Assembly: GCF_009914755.1 (NCBI RefSeq)
Contig: NC_060933.1
DNA: 64,000 nt
From: the human T2T-CHM13v2.0 reference genome, Homo sapiens
Reading direction: 5' to 3' (one strand)
Below the pieces are notes generated by a model. It had not been told where the DNA came from. It ran no database searches and saw nothing but the letters and a program-made list of their open reading frames with translations. Made by a program: the position numbers and the translations under genes. This document shows positions 13,431-24,203 of this stretch, piece after piece. Within the stretch, counting starts at the first letter, position 1; each line of letters opens with the position of its first letter.

Positions 13431-15484
13431 CAGCACAGACTCATACAGCTAAATATTAATACAAAGACAAAGGCAGGTAGCACCTCAGTAGTCAGTCTCA
13501 GATGGCCAGGGCATTCCTGACACAAATGGGAACAACTTCAAATAACTCTTCTTTCTTTCTGTTCTACCTTCTTTCAGGTATCTGTTTCCTCTTCATGTGA
13601 AATTTGTAGTACTCAGTTGTCTCCTAGTTTACCTTATGGTTTTGATGCCTTCGACACTTGGCCTAAGTTCAGAACTTGAAATAAGAAAAAATAAAGTCAG
13701 TTACATCTTTTACTTGTAATTTTAAAAGGTCCTGGGTGATGGCTTTCAAATATGAATACTCCATATTGTGTCAAGATTTTTCTAGAAAAGTTTGGCCAAG
13801 GAGCATGGATTTGTCTGCTGTGTTCACTAGCTGTTAACAGATAATTTCTTCCTTTGATTTTTTCCATTCTATTTTGTTCTAAATCATCTTTTCCTCCCTT
13901 GTTTCCTAACATCTATTTTTTTTTCACTAACTTGACATTTTGCAACGCTTATTAGACAAACGTTATTCACAGAATTTGGAAGCTTTTGCCTGATATCCTA
14001 TAGACTTCAGGAGAAAGGTATTATGGAAAATATTACTGTAGTTATTATTAACAATAGCGATAATAGCACACCACAGCTGTGAAAGAAATGGGAGGAAGTG
14101 CATCCAAGGGCTTTTGCAGACATTTTAAGGTTCACACAGCAGAAGCTTAGAAATAGATCTCCTCTTGTATTTTGGCCAAACCAAATCTATCTCTCGATTT
14201 ATGTTAATTATAACTAAAAACCCAATCCCCAAGGTCTTGTTCTTTTCGTCTCCTCATTTAGAGCTCATTCTTTTTCACTGGCTAGTAATTACTGTCCAAT
14301 GTCCTGACCACCCAGCTGTGCTCTGACAATGTTACCTAGTTTTAGCAATGCCATCTTCTGCTGAGGTGAGCACTCTTTCCTGCTGCTTAGTGACCATTAA
14401 ATCACCCCACAAAGATGCAAATACCTGGCTCCTTAGTGCAAAAAGAGATGACAGTATAAGTCATCTATTTTTGCATGATGCAAGTAAAACTTACATATGA
14501 GGAGCAAATGAATTAGATTTTTCTGGATATTTGTTTCTCAAGATTGTATTTAAAGGTTTAGATCGTATGGCCAGGGAAGGCACCTCTGCAGCTTACCACA
14601 AATGGTTCTAAATAATTTTCCAAACAAGTGCTAAATTGCTAAAGGAAGAAATTTCATGTTTCTTAAAAAAGTATGAGAGGAAATAAAACCCTGATACGTG
14701 TCACTTTAATAATCATTTAAAGTAGAGTCTGGAGTTCTGTTTTTTAATTGACACCTTCTCTTCATTCTACCATTTGCAAAATGTACAAAAGAAGACAGTC
14801 ATTACTTTTGGAGCCAACAAATCACTAACTTTCAGCATGACCTATTGACTCCAGGTAAAGCAGCCCCAAAAGTGTGATTTTTAATCATATATAAGTGAGC
14901 CCTCATAACCTTATTTCATTTTATCATATCTTTCTCATCTTCAAATTCTCCCCAAAAGAAAGTTAGTTTTCAGCTAGTCACATGATTAGGAATTTAGACA
15001 CATGATTTAGCCCCTTAAAGAGGAAGATATAAATGACTAAAAATAAAGCTTAGGTATCCACATTTTGAGATGCGTTAGTGGAACCACTTACCATGAAATC
15101 ACATTTTGGCATTGGTAAATATTATCATTTTTGAAACACTTGATGAGAAATTTGGGGTATAAAATCTGTTAAAGGATTCTACCCTTTAAAGGAAATTTCA
15201 GAACAATCAAGCTACTTCTTGTAGCTAAAGCTTTCTCTGTTTGATGGTTCTGGAAGCCTTGTCTTTAATATGTTTATGTTAATTATAGATATCAAAGGTA
15301 ATTATACAAAGGTAAAAAAGTGAAATATCCATTTATCTGAAGAATGAAAGTTACATTAAGTGGTAGTAATTTACTGTTATTTTCCAAGAAATTGTTCAGC
15401 TATTTTCAATTTATGTAAGTTATAGTCTTGATGGAAGATTGTTTCAGCAACTACTTAGGTCAAATGGGGTTTTTGGCTCTTTAG

Positions 15485-15760
15485 AGCTGCATTGTCCAGT
15501 ATAGTACCAGTAGCTGTACTTGACCGTTAAGCACTTGAAATGTGACCAGTCTGAATGGCAATTTGATGTCAGTGTAAAATAGACACTGGATTTCGAAGAC
15601 TTAATACCAAAGAAATGTAAAATATCTTATTAATAATTTCTATATTGATTTCATCTTAAAATAATTATTTGGATACAATGGGTTAAATAAAATGTATTAT
15701 AATTTCATGTGTTTCTCTTCATATTCTCAAGGAAAAATTAAAATTTTAAATGTATATCTA
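15485..15760 (-). mobile_element. MER33 (hAT-Charlie)
   Basis: agcacttgaaatgtgaccagtc...agtgtaaaatagacactggatttcgaagactta...gggttaaataaaat. Confidence 0.85.
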
Positions 15761-17582
15761 ACTCATTATATTTCTATTAAATTATTCTGCTTTGGAGAAT
15801 TAAACATTGTTGACAGCAAAGATCCCAGGAGAAAGAAGAGAAAAGAATGAAGAGGACAATATGGGTTTGTGTCCAAATGCATCTCTTTATTCTGGTATCT
15901 GAACAATATATAGAGAGAGCTACCAATAGGAGCAAAAAAAACAAACAAAAACAACAACAACAACAAAAATAAAACAAAAAAACCGTTTTCACGAGGAACT
16001 TTGAGGATACAATCATCTCTGCTTGGGAGCCACTGCCACAGAATACAAAAGAAATGAACATGAAGAGGTTTGCATTTTTCTTGCTGCACATTAGGCTATT
16101 AAACATCCTGCACACGTTCTGTGGCTTCTTTCAGATAATCTACACTGCAACTAGGGGAGGCTATTGAATGTGATGGTCCCCTCAGATGCCTAGAGGAAGA
16201 TGAACAATGGTAATCAGATATCCTAAAGTTATCTTTAGGGCACTGGCAAAATAGCAGCAATGCCTGGTGGAAGCTGACTTTGTGCATACACATGAGAGCC
16301 CACAGAAAACTTCAAACTTCATGGTGAGCTGCAGAAACAATTTGGGAAGATAGTATGAAGAGCCAAATTCCTATTGCCATTATGTCACTCCATAGGTACC
16401 TATAAGCTAGGGAAACTTGGAAAAAAATTAGAGTCCCCAGATTTACTCTTCAGTGGTCAAAGTAAGAAGGAATATTGAGATTTGAATTTTAATCACTACC
16501 TTCTGTTTTCTTTCAAACAATAATTTTCAATTATCATTAGGTTTTTTTTTTGAGCTACTAGCTGCTATTTTAAAATAAAACATTACTTTTGGATAACTTA
16601 TTTCTTTTCAACAATTGAAACTTTATTTTCCTATACAATATTTGGGAAAATTCATTTCTCCCTGTGGGTTTATTTTGTTCCATTTGTTCTCCAGTGCTGG
16701 GCCTGGTTAAGAAACTTTTCTTTGACCTTTTTGGACATTTATTTCTCTCAGCTCCTCTTACAATTATTTAAGGCCCAATTCTTAGTGTAAGTTCCTAATT
16801 GATGCAGGTAGTTGAATGAAAATCACCCATTGCCACTCCCCCAGTTCGCTTTCTGAATTGGAGAGAGAGGATAGCTGGAGGTGTTGTCCCTGTCTGTGGA
16901 TGTGGTGGGGAGGAGTCAGAAAGTGGAAACATGGACATATTTTTGTTAGAGCTCTAAATCTAGTGATACATCATTGATTTTGTCTCTGCCAGGAAATAAA
17001 ACCTTCAGCTGCAGCTAAGAATTTGGAGGTTACTGAAGGAGGTTACTTTTTCAAGAGCAGAAGTAAGGATTCCACTGAATTTGCTCACCAAAGATAAGTC
17101 AGCAAAGAAAACTTACTGAAGAATACAGGTTGTCTACTGTGTTTTTCTTATTTTTTTTGTGGAGGTTATTTGATCATGTTTATTTGAAAATTGACCCCTA
17201 TATGACAACCCATTCTGTTGAGTTTATTGTTAAAAGAGCAGGAATGATTAATGACTATAGTGAAATTATGGATTCCTATTGTTGCTAAGCTAATATTGTA
17301 AGAACCAGCTAAATCTTATAATGTATGATACATTTACGTGTGGCATTCTTTGGTATAGAAATGATTGTGTAAATGCTGACGCTATGGGGTTTACCTTCTG
17401 CCTAAATCAACATCAGTGCTAAAAATACATATAAATAAGGTGAATATTTTGAATTTATTTAAGGCCCTTCTCCAAAAAAGAATAATAATTTAAATTTTTT
17501 TGTAGAACTATGAGAAAAGCTAACTAATTTGCATAAACTGAGGAGCACAATTGGAAATAGAGCAAAATTATTTATTATTTTT

Positions 17583-17648
17583 AAGTGAATGCAAGTTTAT
17601 TAAGAAAGTAAAGGAATAAAAGAATGGCTACTCCATAGGCAGAGCAGC
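17583..17648 (-). mobile_element. Isolated 66-bp MER41 LTR fragment
   Basis: gcaagtttattaagaaagtaaaggaataaaagaatggctactccataggcagagcagc matches my recall of the MER41A/B LTR reverse strand. Confidence 0.8.
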
Positions 17649-17934
17649 AAAAATTATTGAATTTTTAAGTGAATATAATCATATTGCTTTGACTTATTGT
17701 CATCTATTTATAAGAAATAGCTATTCCACAATCTTCTTAATGTTTAAATATTTTGTAATAAACATATTAATATTGTATATTATATGTTATTCATATATAT
17801 TAATAATAACTAATAAATATATATTTCTTATGATGTACCTGATATTGGAGTAAGTATTGAGCCTGTGAGGTGAGTAACATTATTATGTGATTTAACAAAT
17901 GAGGAAACTAAAGTCCTTAAAAATGGTGGCTTTT

Positions 17935-18350
17935 GTTGACATATGTTGTTTTGAATGCTTTCCTTCCTGTTCCCCATGATTTGGCAGGAGTTCCTTGGGA
18001 AACGACTCCTCCACTGAATGCAATCAAGTTAAAACTATCAAGCCATATACTTTTCTGCCTTCTATAAGAATAAATGATGGTCAAATGTTCTTTCTTTCAG
18101 GAACATAAATCTTAAGCAGGCTTACATAAGGAAGGGAAGTGGTTGAATCTGAGGTAATTCCATGGTGGACTTTGAAGAAAGCCTTCCATGAGTTCCCAGT
18201 CCATATCCTCCAAAAGGTTTCTTGGATATGCTTTATTTATGCCTAATTTTCCAGTTTTCTCTTTAATATTGTGTGCTCTAATATTTTATTCTCTCTCTTT
18301 TTTTTGCTTCACTTAGTTAGAATTTCTTTCAGCCAATGAAGAATTCTATT
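17935..18350 (+). mobile_element. Possible degraded ERVL-type LTR (LTR16/LTR33-like)
   Basis: 3' end ttgcttcacttagttagaatttctttcagccaatgaagaattcta resembles old ERVL LTR ends; weak. Confidence 0.35.
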
Positions 18351-18774
18351 GAGAAGCATGAATCTGTAATTTTGCATATTCCAGAATAGTTATGATCTAA
18401 ACATTACATCCTGCTGTATCCCTAAGTACTTGAAATCTGGATATTCCAGTTTCAACAACGAGATCTTAAAATTGTAATTCCCATATCATGTTATACATAA
18501 AGTACCAGGCGATCACTGTACTTTGGTAGCCTACTTGCAGGCTTTGAATTATTATGTTGGAAAATGTGGTCACTTTGAGTACATTGCCTTTGAATCATGA
18601 GTAGCTGGAGATTAATTATGTTCTTCCAACTTATTGGGCTTTGTGACCTTTACTTATTTATTCATTTATTTGGTACATTTCCTTTAATGATTTCAACTTC
18701 TGTTCCTGTGACCTGTACTGCAGTCTTTCCCTTTATATGCAAAGATTCTGCAATCATTGGATATTTTTCCATAA

Positions 18775-19000
18775 GATTTTTAAATTGAGATGCAATTCAC
18801 ATACCTTTGCATAATTTTTATTATTTTTAAAATGTACAATTCATTGTTTTTTAGTATAGTATATTCACAATGTTCTGCAACCATCATAACTGTCTAATTC
18901 CAGAATATTTTTATAACTTCAAAAAAACCCTATTCCCATTGACAATCACTTTCCATTCTTTTTTCCCCCAACCTCTACAAATCACTAATTTATTTTCAAT
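18775..19000 (-). mobile_element. L1MB-like 3'UTR fragment
   Basis: ttgagatgcaattcacatacc...tgtacaattca...tgcaaccatc...ttccagaatattttt. Confidence 0.8.
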
Positions 19001-19749
19001 CCAGTTACACTGTTTAAATATCTTAACATTTTTCCTTTTATAAGACAATTGTTCTTTTATTTCTTCAACTTATATTAAATGCTTAGGCATTCTCTACTTT
19101 TATCCACTGACAAAAAAATCAAGACATGTTTTCCTAATAGCAATTGAAAGAGATAAAATAACTGCAAAACATTTAATCCCATATTTTTTTTCAGACCTCC
19201 TTAATTCTCCTTTTAAAATTATTAATTTATTTATGAGCTTGGGAAATTGTATAACATTATGATTGAATTTTATCTGATTCTGGACAAATAAAAAATGACA
19301 ACAGATTGAAAAGATATGAAAAGTCAGATTCAATAACCTTCCATATAGTCATTTGGGTTTTTTTCAGCTTCCAATCCCACACTTCCTTGACCTAAAATAG
19401 ATAAGGAAAGTCTCATCTTTAATTAAACAACTTGAAGTAATTTGGATTTTTTTGAATATACACTATTTCTCATGATCTTTTTAAGGCCACTTCTGAAATA
19501 AAAATATTTTATTGCAAGCTTTGGATAAATATGCAGTTAAGAAGTATGACATAATTATGTCCATTTACCCATGTATAGTTATCAAGTAATAATTATTGTT
19601 TTCCCCTGCCTATTCTAGAAAAGATTTTAAGTAGCTGTGTTTTTAAATTTAGTAATTTTTAACTTGAATCTCCACTGTTCTCAGACAGCATATCAGCTCC
19701 TGCTTTCCAGACAAACTTCCTGGGTCTTGGGAAGAAGAAAGCCTCAGAC

Positions 19750-19975
19750 TAAGAACTCTCTCTGGACTCAGACAGCCTGAATTCAAATCCCATCTCTATT
19801 CTTACTAGTCATATGAACACAGGCAAGTCATTTAACTTCTTTGTGTCTCACTTTTCTTATATATAAAATGGGAATAATATAACTTACCTAGAAAATTTGT
19901 TATCAGTATATGAATTAATAAGAGTAAAGTTATTAAAATTGTGAGCAATATATTCCAAGGGCTCAATTTATACTA
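19750..19975 (+). mobile_element. MIR
   Basis: ggcaagtcatttaacttctttgtgtctcacttttcttatatataaaatgggaataat. Confidence 0.85.
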
Positions 19976-20944
19976 TCAATTGTGAATTAGAGCTATCCTT
20001 TCTTATCTCATCAACTCAATTATTGAGACAGCAACAGTTTAATTAAAATACATCTAAACCGACCCCACACCAAAAATTAGTTGTTCAACAATTTAGTTGA
20101 ACAACTGTTAAGTGATGAGCATGTTGATATGTTCTTTCCTTGCTTTCTTTCCATTTCCTGACAACCCTGTAAGTTGGGTAGTATTTTCATTTTACCAGTG
20201 AATAAGCCATCTTTCCGAGTGGCTAAGTAACCTGCTCATGGCTTGGATATTCTTTACATTACTTTCTTTCCAAAAATTCCCCTGTTGAAGTGATTCCTAA
20301 TGACTGCGAGAATTCCAAAAGCCCAAATAAATAAACTTTCTGGTGTTTTTAAAGTCTCATTCTTAATGTGATCTCAGATTTTGGTCCTATCATTTGGTCT
20401 TGTCATATCTTCTTTTTAGCAAAGTTTAAGTAGGAGAGCACTGTAGGACCACGTGTAGAAAGCATATAAAAACCAGAAAAACAATCATATAAAATTCATT
20501 TCAGGAAGCAAGAACCTATGTTTTTAAAAATCTGTCACACAGCCAGTGTTAGGGTTCTTAAGGTCTAAACTAAAGGTATCTCATTCAAAATTTTAATTCT
20601 ATATTTATTTCTAAAAATGGAGAAGATAGTGAAGAATGAAAGAGAAGCAAAACAGATCCTGCAGGTTGTGCTCACCACGGTGAAAATCATTATTTGCAAC
20701 TCCCACAGGAGAACCATATCCATTCAGCTCACTTTGGACCACCTGTGGAGCCTGATAACCAGGGAACAGAGAACCTGTTGAGATCCAAATTTGTGTGCCA
20801 GGTAATAAACTCCCCAGGATAAGCATCACACATCATCCTAAAGTAGCAATTTTACGAACTGTAAGCAATTTAGAACAGTCTTTATATTAAAATCTATTAA
20901 AGTCTTAAAGGAGCACATATATTGAATAATTTTAAAAAATATAA

Positions 20945-21460
20945 CATCAGGGTCCCCGTTGGAAAGAGCTATTATACCTTGTATTAGTCCGTTCTCATGT
21001 TGCTAATAAAGCTACATCTGAGACTTGGTAATTTCTAAAGGAAAGAGGTTTAATTGACTCACAGTTCCACATGGCTGGGGAAGCCTCACAATCATGGCAC
21101 AAGGCAAAGGAGGAGCAAAGTCACGTCTTACATGGCAGCAGTCAAAAGAGAGCTTGTGCAAGGGAACTCCCATTTATAAAACCATCAGGTCTTATGAGAC
21201 TTATTCACTAACAAAGAAAAGTATAGGGGAAACTGCCCTCATGATTCAATTATCTCCACATGACCTCATGTGGAGATGGACATGTGGGGATTTTTACAAC
21301 TCAAGGTGAGATTTGGGTGGGGACACAGCCAAATTATATCATACTCTGAAGTATTTAATTAAAAAATTAGTGAAGAGACTGTTTACAGAAATGGGTATAG
21401 AACAACAAAGGATGGTGAAACACCCAGGAACTGTCAACAGTAGGGAAGTCATTGCCAAAT
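20945..21460 (-). mobile_element. Old ERVL-type LTR fragment (LTR16/LTR33-like) interrupted by THE1C
   Basis: Flanks catcagggtcc... and gagactgtttacaga...ggatggtgaaacacccaggaactgtcaacagtagggaagtcatt read as one interrupted LTR. Confidence 0.45.
20980..21341 (-). mobile_element. THE1C-like MaLR solo LTR
   Basis: TG...CA termini (tgtattagtcc...aaattatatca), 362 bp, ggaggagcaaagtcacgtcttacatggc motif. Confidence 0.93.
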
Positions 21461-21544
21461 TCAGAGGGATTATTTCTCACTCATCTTTACATTAGTGTCT
21501 AGCACAGTTACCATCACATGATTGCTATTGTGATCATCATTATA

Positions 21545-21775
21545 ATTGCTATCATTTAATAAATGCTTCCCATATCCTGGCCACTAAGCTAAACTCTACA
21601 TATACCATTTCAAATGTTCTTAGCCACTTTGTGAATTGAGAACTATTGACTATATTTTATATAAGATGAACAATAAAACACAAGAACCAGCTAATAGGTA
21701 GAAGGTCATATAGGTAATCTGAAACAGAATTAAAAATCAAGCTTCACTGACTCAAAGGTCTGTACTATCCACGTT
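21545..21775 (-). mobile_element. MIR, degraded
   Basis: catttaataaatgcttcc...attttatataagatgaac...aaggtcata...ctgactcaaag. Confidence 0.6.
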
Positions 21776-22699
21776 ATGATAAGTAAAATCCTGTTTTAGA
21801 CATCAAATAAATGCTTTCTACTGTATTTACTGTTAAATTTTTACTATTCCAAAGACCAGTAGACCAGTAGTTTGCCATCTAAACTTCAGGAAATTGTTAA
21901 TAATATATAACTCTGTCATTTCTCTTAGTGATTGTGAAAACACTGTTTATGTTTTGTCTCCCAAACAGATCACAAACTCATCTGAAGCAGATGCCACGTG
22001 TTACACTGTTATGTCTCTCAGAGACTCCAGCACTTTGAAAGTATTAGGCCTTGCTTATTGAGATGAATATTTTTTTCTAGGCATGTCCCAAAGTTCTCAG
22101 CATAGCTACAACCCTGATTTTCACAGGATTTTCATTAAAATTAGGTTCTAGAGCATTACTTCCCTAATGTGCAATGCAACTTACGTTTAGTTTTCAAATC
22201 AAAATTAGTTTTGTTTTTCCACTGTCTTTGTCTTTGAAAATATTGAACTTGGGATTTCCAAAATTATAATTAGCAATTATTTTTACATATCTTTTATATA
22301 CATAACTTTTACAATGGCTGCCATTATCATGTAGGTTCTTAGGAAGTGTTTCTGATCCTTGTAAATAAAAGTGAAAGAAGAAATCTTTACTGCTTGCTGA
22401 CCCATGTGACTAACCTTGAAATCAGAGAGGCAGATTCATTTAAAACAAACTTGCAAACTGTTAAGCAAAGTACTGAATCTCTGTGACTTGACCAAAAGTA
22501 ATTCAGACTTGACTATTCCAGGCTCCCTTCTATCTCTGTAGCAACCCATGCATCATAGACTCCAGTTGCAATGGATGGTCAAGGAATCTGCTGTGCCTTT
22601 TGAGTCTCTCCATTTTATATTGCCAAATTTATCTTCCTTTAATACTTCACTTCACATAAGACACTAAGATAAACAAGGATGCAACTCACTTATATTTCA

Positions 22700-22960
22700 A
22701 AATAGTACCTAGTGGTTAAAAGTACTTGTTCTGAAAGCAACTCTATTTTTCTAGTTCTAACATGTCTCCAACTAGTTATCTCACCTTGAGCTTGGCACAT
22801 AATCACTCCATCTTACTTTTGCATCTGTGACACAAGAAAAATACCACCCACCTCAACATAGATCTTATGAAGATTAAAATAAGATTATGAAAGTAAAATG
22901 CTCAGCACAATGTCTAAACGAAAATAAATGCTCAGCAAGTAGGAGCTACTATAATTATTA
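22700..22960 (+). mobile_element. MIR, degraded
   Basis: tagtggttaaaagtac 5' end; atgaagattaaaat...aaaatgctcagcacaatgtct...aaatgctcagcaa 3' end. Confidence 0.7.
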
Positions 22961-23210
22961 TCCAGATCAAATATTTTCTCCTCTATGAAGCTTTCTTATT
23001 CTTCCCCAGCTGGAATTACTTATTTTCTTCCTTGCTTTCTACACCACACTTTAGTCACCACCATGCTGGCACTTGTCTCACCGCATTATAATTATTTATG
23101 TGCCTGTGTTCCATAACCAGAATATGGGACTTAAGCTTCTTTATACCTCCAGCATAATTGTTTCATGTGTGCTTTTAGGTAATGGAGTAAAATGGATGAA
23201 TGAGTGAATG
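22960..23210 (+). mobile_element. L2 3' end
   Basis: ctcctctatgaagctttc...cattataattatttatgtg...ggatgaatgagtgaatg terminal (TGAA)n. Confidence 0.7.
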
Positions 23211-23859
23211 CGACTATAGTACTAAATGCTCTTAGATAAAGATGTAATTATTCTTAAGTGATAAAATTATTCGAACATGAGTAGTTCAGATAATGAGAGA
23301 CTGTCATAGAATTACTTGATAAAATCTAGTCAATAAAATGGCTTGGCAATATAACCTTTATGATTTCTTTAAACAATCATTCATTTCTTTCTGAAGATGA
23401 GAAGAGGAGATTCCTTCTCCCATCTTTATATTTCAACAATGATTAGAAAACAAATTGATCTCTGGGATCAGTGCCCAATACCATTAAAGTGGTATACATC
23501 TTACAATTCTTAATTAATTTGTGGCATACATATACCAGTCTCCACAGCCAGCTTCATCTGCATACAGCAGCATAATCACTTTTTTCCTTATAGTAAAGAC
23601 ATATTATGAGTCATCAAAGTCTTCTCCGGGGGTTGTGGTTATCATCTGGTAATCACACCCTTGGGAGGTTAAAAACACTTATCTTTGGATCATGACTTGC
23701 AATGCCCCAGGGGTGTGATTATCTCAGGCAACTCACACTTTCTGTCATGCCTAATTGCTTAATTATTATAGCTGCAAGTTCACACCACCATACAGGAACT
23801 CATGTTGTGTCAGCATTTCCACTATAAATTCCTTTTTCAAGAGTCTATAACTCAGCCAT

Positions 23860-23880
23860 AAAAAAAAAAAAAAAAAAAAA
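23860..23880. repeat. Poly(A) run of about 21 nt
   Basis: Direct observation. Confidence 0.95.
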
Positions 23881-24203
23881 CCTATGGTCCATTGAAGCAC
23901 TGCAGTAAGAGTCTTATTCCAGGAAACATTTCTGTAATAGGTTAATTGTATCTTAAAAATTGGGTCCTGATTCTCATAGTTAGTTCACCAAAGAAATAAA
24001 TGCTAATTAAATGTCTCTAAATTATATATTTTTCTGTATGGCTGGGTAAATAATGTAAATCCTAAAGACATAAATATTATTTTTTAAATATAACAAGAAT
24101 GGCTCATACAATTTCCAGTTTTTTGGAAATACACTTACACATATTTATAAAATATTATATAAGTAGAATGAGCTAAACCATAGTTAGAGAACATTGTCAT
24201 ATG

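Noticed and set aside
15766-16115. Two overlapping hydrophobic ORFs of 107 and 112 aa
   Set aside because: They are driven by the (CAA)n/A-rich tract at about 15935-15980; there is no recognisable domain.
23620-23880. H/ACA snoRNA or retroposed RNA (two hairpins, ANANNA-like hinge, nearby poly(A))
   Set aside because: The hairpins are only about 40 nt with no pseudouridylation pockets, there is no ACA right after hairpin 2, and I found no TSD around the poly(A). It is kept only as an unexplained structure.
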